NCBI GenBank assembly: GCA_015060245.1
Contig: SUYU01000013.1
Span: forward strand, 6,538-70,537
Direction of reading: 5' to 3'
From: Bacteroidales bacterium
GTDB lineage: Bacteria; Bacteroidota; Bacteroidia; Bacteroidales; UBA932
Length of the DNA: 64,000 nucleotides
The notes below the pieces were generated by a model. That model ran no database searches, was not told where the DNA came from, and saw only the letters and a program-made list of their open reading frames with translations. Shown in pieces: positions 30,177 through 38,368 of the stretch. Numbering within the stretch: position 1 is the first letter of the stretch; each line of letters opens with the position of its first letter. Position numbers and translations under genes: made by a program.

Positions 30177-31280
30177 CTAAACCTCCATATAACCTAATCT
30201 GAAATCACCCTCATTATAATCACCATAAAGAAGATAGAGTTTATTACCGGTATCATCATACTTTATGTCAAATATTTCTCTATTCAATTTATATGTTTTC
30301 AATAATCTTCCTGCCCAATCATACTCTAAGATATAGTACAAATCATCTTCTAAATCTAACTTCCTGCCATAATATACGGCATATATCCTTTCTTGTGATA
30401 CAGCAATAGATACAAAACCCGTTACATCATAACTATGCTGATGATATGTGCATCCTCCTCCAGAATGCAACTTAATATATAATTTGGGAACGTGATACCT
30501 ATTCTCATTCAATAATACTATTGAATCATTTTCAAGTGAGTAAATACCCATATACGCACCATAATTTGTCCCAGTTACCATTCTTTTTCCATCCGGTCTT
30601 ACAGCAATTCTGGCAAAATCAAACATTTTTCTGCTGATCAATTCTTTGTGTTTTATTTCCACAATATTCGGATATAATGCAAATGTATCTAACAATTTAC
30701 CTTTATTATCATACAATTCGTACAGGTTCCTGTTCTTTCTCTTATTACCTGGAGTTGCTATAATTCTATCGTTTATAGGAATAATATCCGCAAAAGCCAA
30801 TTGCCCCATAAATTTACCTGGAACAGGAGACAATCTTGTAAATTCAAACGGATATGAATGTGACATTATCTCTTTTACTTTATATGTATACACCGTACTT
30901 AAAGGTAAGTGTACAACATAATAAGTACTGTCATTACCTGTTGTAAAATGTACATATGTCATACCCATAATAAATTCTCCAGGCCCTCTGCCAATAGCCG
31001 CAAAACTCTTCAAATACTCGCCTGTCCTTTTTGAAAAAAGATGTTGGGTATATTCATAATCGGAGCCCGTAGCAACTACAAAACTATCTTTAACAGCGAG
31101 TTTATGATAATGAGCCGTTTCTTTCTCTATCCTGGTTATTTCAATTACATCAGCATCTTTTGCCTTACTCAAATCAGGAGGAATAAAGGCTAGAGGATTA
31201 TCATTGGCTCTATTACATGATGAAAAGGTTACGATTGTGCAAACAATATAAAAAATAATAGATGCTAATCTTAATTCCAT
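30177..31280 (-). CDS. divergent lipoprotein, distantly related to the propeller-like paralogs and lacking the shared tail
   Basis: Lipobox TFSSC and a GRGPGEF motif in the equivalent position. The C-terminus differs (…EGDFRLGYMEV) and there is no 3' repeat. Confidence 0.55.
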   Translation of the reverse strand: MELRLASIIFYIVCTIVTFSSCNRANDNPLAFIPPDLSKAKDADVIEITRIEKETAHYHKLAVKDSFVVATGSDYEYTQHLFSKRTGEYLKSFAAIGRGPGEFIMGMTYVHFTTGNDSTYYVVHLPLSTVYTYKVKEIMSHSYPFEFTRLSPVPGKFMGQLAFADIIPINDRIIATPGNKRKNRNLYELYDNKGKLLDTFALYPNIVEIKHKELISRKMFDFARIAVRPDGKRMVTGTNYGAYMGIYSLENDSIVLLNENRYHVPKLYIKLHSGGGCTYHQHSYDVTGFVSIAVSQERIYAVYYGRKLDLEDDLYYILEYDWAGRLLKTYKLNREIFDIKYDDTGNKLYLLYGDYNEGDFRLGYMEV

Positions 31281-31297
31281 TTTACATATGATATAAG

Positions 31298-31555
31298 TTA
31301 CTCTTCTTTGGTAGAAAAATCATATCCACATGTTGGGCAGATACCTCTTGTCAATTTACCATCGCCACCTTTGGGATTTGAACCATCCTCAGGAGCAAAT
31401 AATTCTCCACATCCTGGGCACACAAATATACACATATTAGTGGATGTTCCTTTACATGTTCCATAAATACCAGTAGACTCTGATTGAACTACTTGCGCAA
31501 TAGAATAAACTGCAGCCAATAAAATTGTCACTACCGACAAACCTATAATCAACAA
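31298..31555 (-). CDS. small membrane/exported protein P1 with two CPxC knuckles (zinc-ribbon-like)
   Basis: Hydrophobic N-terminus LLIIGLSVVTILLAAVYSIA, then CPGCG-23 aa-CPTCG and an acidic end. The start is uncertain: the TTG at 31555 is used in the track, and the in-frame upstream codons read ...KIKKR with no ATG. Confidence 0.55.
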   Translation of the reverse strand: MLIIGLSVVTILLAAVYSIAQVVQSESTGIYGTCKGTSTNMCIFVCPGCGELFAPEDGSNPKGGDGKLTRGICPTCGYDFSTKEE

Positions 31556-31627
31556 TCTCTTTTTTATCTTTTGATTGTTTTTAAGTAATTCTACAAGCAG
31601 TGACTATGTTGCCCCACAAAGGCTGCA

Positions 31628-31751
31628 ACCTCCCCAATCCTATTTTAGCGTTGCAACCACAAGCACCGGATTGCTCTCATCTGTGAGGGTGGAGGCAATC
31701 TCTTTCATTTGCGGAGAATTGCTCTTTGTGGCATATTCAATAAACTTGTCG
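31628..31751 (-). repeat. shared 3'-end repeat, copy C (includes 12 nt past the stop)
   Basis: Near-identical to copies D and E, including cctccccaatc downstream of the stop. Confidence 0.9.
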
Positions 31752-32836
31752 GCATTTATCATCTGATACATCTTATCTCCAGCATAGTATACAGGATCAA
31801 ATGGCATACCCCCATCAATATCATTCACAAAGCCATGAGCGTTGTACTTATAATTATATGGCATTGCTTTAAGTTTATTAGTGGCTTTGTCCAGAATCAA
31901 ACTGCCTGCAGATAAAAATTTATCATTATTACCATTGGCATATATCTCCTGTAAAGAGTGCTTGTTGCCCATAAGGATAAGTTTTATAAAAGACTCCGTT
32001 TCAAATACATTATTAATACGCAGTCCCTTTGAATTATTTATAACTACATCATTTGGATTATAGTTACCATAATCAAAAGTATAACATAACAACCTCTCAT
32101 AATTATCATCATATACTACAAGAGTATCACCTGTAGACTTTAAATATCTTAAACAACCTTTAAATGAATATAATGAGCCACTAGTTGTGGAAGTTCCTTT
32201 TATCCCCCAATTGTACACAGACTCTGTTCCTAAAATTCCCAAATTCTTTATATTCAATAAAGAATCAATAATAAATAAACCTAATGTATCTTTTCCATCA
32301 ATATTGGGAGTAGATGTACGCACTGCCATTTCCCCATCTTTAATAAAGAGACAAGAAGATACATTTGATATACCCAAAGTATCAAGATCCAAAGCCTCCA
32401 CACACTCACCATCAAGGGTATAACCAAGTATTTTAGAACCGCTTATTACGCTTATTTGATTATCCTCTTTTATGGTAAAACCATCTATCAGCATATACTC
32501 CTTTGGTCCCCTGCCATGATTATTTATAAGATTTGTGAATTTTCCATTTGAATCAAATACTGTTATGTTTGTTGAACTGTATACATAATAATTACTGTTA
32601 CCCGCTCTAAACTTGGGCGCAAGACCAATAATTGATTCCTCCTTTGTTTCCAAAGGAATATATGCTATATCTGAAGCATACTCACTCAAACATATCTCCT
32701 GGCAATTCTGCATAGCCTCCTCTATGGAATATGTTCTATTATCATTATGATTAGAGACATTGCCTGTACACCCTGTTAAAAGAAACAGCCCCATAGCAAT
32801 GAAAGCGGCATACAAATTATTGAATTCTTTTACCAT
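31640..32836 (-). CDS. paralog C: lipoprotein of the propeller-like family
   Basis: Lipobox LLTGC, DIAYIPLET, HGRGPKEY, NDIDGG and the shared tail. Confidence 0.7.
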   Translation of the reverse strand: MVKEFNNLYAAFIAMGLFLLTGCTGNVSNHNDNRTYSIEEAMQNCQEICLSEYASDIAYIPLETKEESIIGLAPKFRAGNSNYYVYSSTNITVFDSNGKFTNLINNHGRGPKEYMLIDGFTIKEDNQISVISGSKILGYTLDGECVEALDLDTLGISNVSSCLFIKDGEMAVRTSTPNIDGKDTLGLFIIDSLLNIKNLGILGTESVYNWGIKGTSTTSGSLYSFKGCLRYLKSTGDTLVVYDDNYERLLCYTFDYGNYNPNDVVINNSKGLRINNVFETESFIKLILMGNKHSLQEIYANGNNDKFLSAGSLILDKATNKLKAMPYNYKYNAHGFVNDIDGGMPFDPVYYAGDKMYQMINADKFIEYATKSNSPQMKEIASTLTDESNPVLVVATLK

Positions 32837-32840
32837 ATTA

Positions 32841-33010
32841 ACATAATTTGCATTTGCACAAAATTACAGCAAACATTTATTAAAGCCAAGAACCTCCCCA
32901 ATCTTATTTTAGCGTTGCAACCACAAGCACCGGATTGCTCTCCTCTGTGAGGGTGGCGGCTATCTCTTTCATTTTTGGAGAATTGCTCTTTGTGGCATAT
33001 TCAATAAATT
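32841..33010 (-). repeat. shared 3'-end plus downstream-intergenic repeat, copy D
   Basis: About 170 nt align with 34551-34720 at a constant offset of 1710 nt, with only a few substitutions. Confidence 0.9.
32859..32866 (-). promoter_or_regulatory. candidate -7 box TAATTTTG inside the repeated intergenic cassette, upstream of paralog C
   Basis: The minus strand reads TAATTTTG, 22 nt before the ATG at 32836. A TCTTG lies 20 nt further upstream as a possible -33 element. Confidence 0.45.
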
Positions 33011-34136
33011 TCATAGCATTTACAGCCTGATACATTTTATTACCCACAACGCGTAAAGGCACAAACGGCGCACCACCATCAATGTCATTTTTGAAACCAT
33101 GAGCATTGAATTCATAATTATACGGCAAAGCGCACATCTTATTGCTTGCTTTATCCAACATCAGGAAGCAAGTTACACGATCTTTGTGCCAACCATCTGT
33201 GTTCCATCCCTTACTGAAGACTTTCGGCATGGCCTTCAAGCGCCCGTCAAGTTTAAACAGCATAAAACTGTCAGACTCAATATTCCACCTATGCTCAATT
33301 CCTGTAATGAATTCATCTTTGACTCCATGTGAATTGCTATAATCAAAGGTAATTTGTGATAATTCTTTCAAATTATTATCATAAAATACTATTGTATCGG
33401 CGGGTAATCCTTTAGACAGCCTTAAATTCCCTTTATATGAATGAATGAATAAACCATAATTCAGACTAAATTTATTTTCCAGATTCTCGTCCTTCAATAT
33501 ATTGCATAATGTATCAACTACAAGCAGCCTCGATGATGAAAAGGACCATTTCTTATCTGGCTCACGTTTACCCGTGCATAAAACAGCATACCTGCCTTCA
33601 TTAAGGTAGACGCCTCTATAAATGCCTGAAAAACTTGACTTGTTCAAATCTAGATTTTCACTGAGTACATCTTGCATATCCAATTCTCTTACACACTTTC
33701 CATCATCTTCATATACAAGTATTTTATAATTGTCAAACAGACAAGCATACTGCTCAACAAGATCACTTTCAAGAGAGAAGTCAGATGCGCTTAAATACTC
33801 TCCTGGGCCCCGTCCGCTTTTGTTTATCTGCGAAATATATTTACCATTCTGATCAAAGATCAATACGGATTGCGGCCTATTGGCATTGTAGATATACAAA
33901 TACTTCCCATCCGTGTTTATGTCAAACACAAACATCAATGATGATTTTTCATTTGTTTCCAACGGTATATACTCTATATCTGAAAAATACTTGCTCAAAG
34001 GCACATCTGCACAATTCTCAAGTGCTTCAGAAATATTATAACGAGTATCTTCAACGCTTGCCACATTTGATCTACAGGAGACTATGGCAAACACACACAG
34101 TACCAATATATATTTACTAAATCTACTCATTGTCAT
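32904..34136 (-). CDS. paralog D: lipoprotein of the propeller-like family
   Basis: Lipobox FAIVSC, DIEYIPLET, SGRGPGEY, NDIDGG and the shared tail. The ATG at 34136 lies 2 nt after the P2 stop (the track start at 34142 is a TTG overlapping that stop). Confidence 0.7.
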   Translation of the reverse strand: MTMSRFSKYILVLCVFAIVSCRSNVASVEDTRYNISEALENCADVPLSKYFSDIEYIPLETNEKSSLMFVFDINTDGKYLYIYNANRPQSVLIFDQNGKYISQINKSGRGPGEYLSASDFSLESDLVEQYACLFDNYKILVYEDDGKCVRELDMQDVLSENLDLNKSSFSGIYRGVYLNEGRYAVLCTGKREPDKKWSFSSSRLLVVDTLCNILKDENLENKFSLNYGLFIHSYKGNLRLSKGLPADTIVFYDNNLKELSQITFDYSNSHGVKDEFITGIEHRWNIESDSFMLFKLDGRLKAMPKVFSKGWNTDGWHKDRVTCFLMLDKASNKMCALPYNYEFNAHGFKNDIDGGAPFVPLRVVGNKMYQAVNAMKFIEYATKSNSPKMKEIAATLTEESNPVLVVATLK

Positions 34137-34138
34137 TA

Positions 34139-34465
34139 TCAATAAATAATTACTATTCTATTTTCATCTAAATCAGATATATGGTAAATTTTATCTATTT
34201 CTGTAACAGAACCACAGACTTGGCAAGATATGTATGAAACATAAAAATAAGTATGATCTGTACTCATGTAATAACCACAATATTCCACTAAATTTGCCTG
34301 GTGACACACTTCACATCTTAATAATGCTGTATATGTTTGACCATTATCATTTGCGGATGTTTCAGAATTTAATCCTCCTACTGAAGTAGCCGCATTCAAA
34401 GTATTGAATGTAAAAAAAGCAATTAATGTAAGAAATAACATCTTACCAAAGGGTAATTTCTTCAT
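34139..34465 (-). CDS. small exported protein P2 with two CxxC knuckles
   Basis: Sec-type signal peptide MKKLPFGKMLFLTLIAFFTFNTLNA, then CEVCH-26 aa-CQVCG. Its stop abuts the start of paralog D. Confidence 0.65.
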   Translation of the reverse strand: MKKLPFGKMLFLTLIAFFTFNTLNAATSVGGLNSETSANDNGQTYTALLRCEVCHQANLVEYCGYYMSTDHTYFYVSYISCQVCGSVTEIDKIYHISDLDENRIVIIY

Positions 34466-34550
34466 AGCATAAATATTTTATAAAGTTAATAAATCCAAGT
34501 TTAAACATTCCCACTTGACAGCGTATCCCAAGCATTGGCTACGTTGCCAC

Positions 34551-34720
34551 ACAATATTTGCATTAGCACAAAATTACAGCAAACATTTATTAAAGCCAAG
34601 AACCTCCCCAATCCTATTTTAGCGTTGCAACCACAAGCACCGGATTGCTCTCCTCTGTGAGGGTGGCGGCTATCTCTTTCATTCTTGGAGAATTGCTCTT
34701 TGTGGCATATTCAATAAACT
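34551..34720 (-). repeat. shared 3'-end plus downstream-intergenic repeat, copy E
   Basis: See copy D. Confidence 0.9.
34569..34576 (-). promoter_or_regulatory. candidate -7 box TAATTTTG inside the repeated intergenic cassette, upstream of P2
   Basis: Same cassette as at 32859-32866, about 104 nt upstream of the P2 ATG. Confidence 0.4.
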
Positions 34721-35789
34721 TGTCGGCCTGAACCAATTGATATAAATATTTATCAGTGCAAAAATCGGGAAGAAAAGGAGCACCATAATCAATATCATTT
34801 TTAAAGCCATGAGTCTCAAATTCATAATTATATGGCATAGCACATAACTCTTTTTTTTGTTTGTCAAGAATCATAACTCCTGCTGCCAACCTTGAATCTG
34901 TACCTTTGGAATATAATTTGGCCAACGAATATTTATTGCCCAACAAACCAAATTTTATAAATCTGTCGGACTCTAAAATTTCTCTTGAATAATTACGGAG
35001 GCTATTGGGATTTTCTGCATCCAAATTATTGAAATCATATTTTCCATAATCAAATATATACCTGTCGGCCATACAATTGCCATCATATACAAACAGCGTA
35101 TCTCCATTTGCATTAAATATATATATGGAATCTTTATAGGCATATACCTTATCATTTTCTACAATTGTCATCCCATTCGCCAAAAACGAAGGCATAATAC
35201 CCAGTTCTATAGCCGATATAACATTTGATGCAGAATCTACAATTTGCAAAGATTGGTGTTCGGATTTACCTTCGCTTACCAATGCAAACATGCCTTTCCC
35301 CATATTTGCACTGGATCTTATTGACGAATAACCCGCTTGTTTTAAGTTTACGCACCTTAGACTCTTGCCTTCTATTGAATAAGAGAGTATTTTTAAACCA
35401 TCATCCACAGAGACCTCCTTATTATCTACAGATAGATGATTTACTCTCAAATACTCTTCCGGTCCCCTTCCCTTTTTATTTATTTTGCTTACGAATTTTC
35501 CTTCTTTATCAAAAATCAATATGCTGGAAGTGGATACATATATGTAGTTCTCATCGGTACAAAATAATGGATTCCTACCAATAAGAGCCTCATTTGTAGT
35601 CTGTAACGGGATATATCCCAGTTCCAATGCATACTGACTTAATGGAATATCGCGGCACATTTTAAGTGCTTCCGGAATAGAATACCTTAAGTTATCATTA
35701 TCATTGGCAGCAGAATTACATCCTGACAATAAAAGTACTATACCGCAACATAATGAAACAAAAAGCATTTTGACAAATAATCTGCTCAT
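34614..35789 (-). CDS. paralog E: lipoprotein of the propeller-like family
   Basis: Lipobox LLSGC, ELGYIPLQT, KGRGPEEY, NDIDYG and the shared tail. Confidence 0.7.
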   Translation of the reverse strand: MSRLFVKMLFVSLCCGIVLLLSGCNSAANDNDNLRYSIPEALKMCRDIPLSQYALELGYIPLQTTNEALIGRNPLFCTDENYIYVSTSSILIFDKEGKFVSKINKKGRGPEEYLRVNHLSVDNKEVSVDDGLKILSYSIEGKSLRCVNLKQAGYSSIRSSANMGKGMFALVSEGKSEHQSLQIVDSASNVISAIELGIMPSFLANGMTIVENDKVYAYKDSIYIFNANGDTLFVYDGNCMADRYIFDYGKYDFNNLDAENPNSLRNYSREILESDRFIKFGLLGNKYSLAKLYSKGTDSRLAAGVMILDKQKKELCAMPYNYEFETHGFKNDIDYGAPFLPDFCTDKYLYQLVQADKFIEYATKSNSPRMKEIAATLTEESNPVLVVATLK

Positions 35790-35819
35790 AATATTTGCCT
35801 ACCTCCCCGTTACATAAAT

Positions 35820-36101
35820 TTACTTATCTATATCTTCTTCCTCCGATATTATGGTCTCCTCTCCACAAGTATTGCATTTGATTTTTTCTACGATGAAATG
35901 CTCGGGATTGTTCAAATCTATATATCCATATAATCGTATGTCGTCACTACCGCATATAGGACACACAATTATAGATTGATTTTCGGCCTGAATATTTTCT
36001 TCATTCAAAATCAATAATACACCATTGCTATCTCCAGCATTTATATTTGATGAAATTACAGATACCAATAGCAATAAAGTTAGAAATTTAATTTTTTTCA
36101 T
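35820..36101 (-). CDS. small exported protein P3 with two CxxC knuckles
   Basis: Signal peptide MKKIKFLTLLLLVSVISSNINA, then CPICG-25 aa-CNTCG and an acidic tail EEEDIDK. Confidence 0.65.
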   Translation of the reverse strand: MKKIKFLTLLLLVSVISSNINAGDSNGVLLILNEENIQAENQSIIVCPICGSDDIRLYGYIDLNNPEHFIVEKIKCNTCGEETIISEEEDIDK

Positions 36102-36206
36102 AAAAACATCTTATAAGGTTATTAAATATAGTTTACTGTACAAACGAACCTTGTGCATAAATTTCAGATGAATCAATAATTCTATAATATGCGCCATTGG
36201 CGATTG

Positions 36207-36214
36207 CAAATATA
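36207..36214 (-). promoter_or_regulatory. candidate -7 box (TATATTTG) upstream of P3
   Basis: The minus strand matches TAnnTTTG, 32 nt downstream of the nearest GTTTGACA box. Confidence 0.35.
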
Positions 36215-36245
36215 GAGAATATATGGTTTTACCTCATAAAAAAAA

Positions 36246-36336
36246 GTTTGACACAGTTGTTTTTATTCAACTGATTTACAGATATATAGAATTTCAATTC
36301 TTGAAAAAGTTTGACAGGCGGGAAAAATGTTTGACA
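36246..36336 (-). promoter_or_regulatory. three direct GTTTGACA boxes (copy 1), a candidate operator array
   Basis: Boxes at 36246-36253, 36309-36316 and 36329-36336 (minus strand: YTGTCAAACWTTT). Spacings are 63 and 20 bp, close to whole helical turns. Confidence 0.5.
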
Positions 36337-36403
36337 AGTCTCTAATTTAACCTGTTTTGTGCCGATAGCCTAACCTGAAACCATCTTCATTATTTTAATT
36401 TCA

Positions 36404-38044
36404 TCAGTTGGACTTTAACAGATTGGTTATATACGTATTCAAATTGATGTTATTGATATCTGTTCCCAACTTCTTACGTATACTGCTGCTTATATGATAG
36501 TGACGGCTTTGGTTGGTATAGAATCCTATATCCTTGCCATTCATTCCTATTGCAAAGAGACAACAATACTCCATCTCCAATTCTGTAAGATTCCTTTCTT
36601 TCAGATGTGATATAAATCTGGGATGCGTAGATTTGTAGACAAGCAACAGGGAGTGCATAAACTCTTCCCTATCTTCTATAATAGTGTCTATCTTACGCCA
36701 CAACTCCTTTTCATCCCTGATTCTTGATATGAAGAGTTGGTTCAACAAATCTATTCTCTCCTTTATTATATCTGTTATTGATTTGTCAAGCGACATATTT
36801 GAGTCAAGCAACTCTTTCAAACTCGAAACCTCCTCTTCCAAAAGCGAATAAGAATGTGCCAATCTCTCCTTTTCTGCCTCTACCAATCTCTTTTCAAGCA
36901 GGCTTGACTTCAATTTTTGCCTGATGAGAACTATAATAAGCACAAGCATAAGAATAAACGATACTGATGCCAACAGTATCAGCCTCCTCAAGTTCTGCTG
37001 TTGCGTATTTTTTGTCTCGAGAGCATGCCGTTCCTCCAGGAATCGCGTATCTTCCCTTATTTGCAACAGACTCAATGAGTCACTATGAAGGAAATATTTC
37101 TTATAGCACATTAATGATTTTTCGTAATCATTAAAATTTTCATATATCTCTGATAGAATTGAATACATACGTGTTGGCCTTTCGTTTGTATAAATCTTAT
37201 ACCTTTCAACAGCATCATAAGCACTTTTATAATCCTTAATACTACAATATGCTGCGGCAACACTCAGCCATTCCACATTGCGGTGAGGTACTTTATAAGT
37301 ATATTCCAATATTGTATTTGCAACACTATCCCTTTCATAGTCTGACCTATAGGTAACCAATATTTCATAATATTGATTAAGCCAGTTGAGATTTTGGGCA
37401 GTATCAACGATACTTTCTATATACTTGAGTTCTTTAAAAGCATTTACTGAATCTGATTGTGCAAAATAACCATAAAAGAGCCTTCTGTGAGAATTGAACC
37501 AGGAACTCTCTTTACCTCCAAGTTTAAATAGATTTGCGGCTTCCTTCATACACTTGTTATGGGACTCAAAATCAAATACAGACCTGTAAATTATTCCTTG
37601 GGCAAACAGCATCCTTGCCCTGGTAAGATTGTCATTGGAGAGTTTACCCTCATCAAGACCTTTTACAAAAGCGGCCATTGCTGACTCTTCATCATGGCGG
37701 TTTCTGTAAATGGCTCCTTTATAATAGTACATGCGGAGTTTGTCTGTTGCACTGCCTTTGTGTGTATAGTAATCTATGGCGGGTTGCAACACAGAAAAGT
37801 CTGTGGTATCTATGTAATTCTTGTCCATAGCCATGGAGAGCAACAGGGAGTGCTTTGCCTCCACTTTTGCACTTCGCAGTTGCGATTGGTCAATTGACCG
37901 GAGTGTGGCCAGAGCACTGTCGGGATAATGCTCAATATATGAATCAACTTCATTGAGAAGATTTAATGCCGCACTGTTGTCACGGCATGAAACAAAAAGT
38001 GTGATTGCTGCTATAAGAAACAGATATGGAACTCTTACACTCAT
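36404..38044 (-). CDS. one-component membrane regulator: lipobox signal, TPR-like periplasmic domain, one TM helix, coiled coil and a C-terminal LuxR/GerE-like HTH (copy 1)
   Basis: N-terminus MSVRVPYLFLIAAITLFVSC, TPR-like helical repeats, TM helix LILLASVSFILMLVLIIVLI, and C-terminus LTELEMEYCCLFAIGMNGKDIGFYTNQSRHYHISSSIRKKLG. Confidence 0.6.
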   Translation of the reverse strand: MSVRVPYLFLIAAITLFVSCRDNSAALNLLNEVDSYIEHYPDSALATLRSIDQSQLRSAKVEAKHSLLLSMAMDKNYIDTTDFSVLQPAIDYYTHKGSATDKLRMYYYKGAIYRNRHDEESAMAAFVKGLDEGKLSNDNLTRARMLFAQGIIYRSVFDFESHNKCMKEAANLFKLGGKESSWFNSHRRLFYGYFAQSDSVNAFKELKYIESIVDTAQNLNWLNQYYEILVTYRSDYERDSVANTILEYTYKVPHRNVEWLSVAAAYCSIKDYKSAYDAVERYKIYTNERPTRMYSILSEIYENFNDYEKSLMCYKKYFLHSDSLSLLQIREDTRFLEERHALETKNTQQQNLRRLILLASVSFILMLVLIIVLIRQKLKSSLLEKRLVEAEKERLAHSYSLLEEEVSSLKELLDSNMSLDKSITDIIKERIDLLNQLFISRIRDEKELWRKIDTIIEDREEFMHSLLLVYKSTHPRFISHLKERNLTELEMEYCCLFAIGMNGKDIGFYTNQSRHYHISSSIRKKLGTDINNINLNTYITNLLKSN

Positions 38045-38172
38045 AAAACAATTTCTCTGTCATGATTGTACATATTGCCATACTGGCAATTTTAATTGGA
38101 AGTAATAACAAACTCTATCTTTATCTTCCCATTTCAACATCTTACCAGCGTTTATTATTAATACATAATTTG

Positions 38173-38180
38173 CAAAGTTA
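38173..38180 (-). promoter_or_regulatory. candidate -7 box (TAACTTTG) upstream of regulator copy 1
   Basis: The minus strand matches TAnnTTTG, 31 nt downstream of the nearest box of the second array. The geometry is the same as at 36207-36214. Confidence 0.35.
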
Positions 38181-38210
38181 AGCATACATGACATTATATC
38201 ATAAAAAAAA

Positions 38211-38301
38211 GTTTGACACAGTTGTTTTTATTCAACTGATTTACAGATATATAGAATTTAATTTTTTGAAAAAGTTTGACAGGCGGGAAAAATGTTTGAC
38301 A
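38211..38301 (-). promoter_or_regulatory. three direct GTTTGACA boxes (copy 2)
   Basis: Boxes at 38211-38218, 38274-38281 and 38294-38301, offset exactly 1965 nt from copy 1. Confidence 0.5.
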
Positions 38302-38368
38302 AGTCTCTAATTTAACCTGTTTTGTGCCGATAGCCTAACCTGAAACCATCTTCATTATTTTAATTTCA

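Noticed and set aside
27626-34720. Possibility that the five ~110-nt repeats form a CRISPR-like or REP-like array
   Set aside because: The repeats are 1.2-2.8 kb apart and each is the in-frame 3' end of a long ORF. There are no short regular spacers, no palindromic repeat core and no cas genes in the window.
34851-34858. A8/T8 homopolymers inside coding regions (paralog E at 34851-34858, regulator copy 2 at 39373-39380) as slipped-strand phase-variation switches
   Set aside because: Runs of 8 A/T are expected by chance in such A/T-rich genes, and both ORFs are intact here. Without population-level length variation there is no support. This is worth a look only if read data are available.
36246-36336. 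TTGACA within the boxes read as sigma70 -35 hexamers on the plus strand
   Set aside because: There is no plus-strand gene downstream, since the next 13 kb is minus-strand. Bacteroidota primary sigma factors use -33 TTTG and -7 TAnnTTTG rather than TTGACA/TATAAT. Operator sites for the adjacent HTH regulator are the simpler reading.
38045-38160. 26-codon upstream ORF (MLKWEDKDRVCYYFQLKLPVWQYVQS) and a 7-bp hairpin (ATTGCCA/TGGCAAT) in the leader of regulator copy 1
   Set aside because: The ORF is short, has no conservation evidence, and has no equivalent in the copy-2 upstream region. The hairpin is weak and is not followed by a T-run on the transcribed strand.
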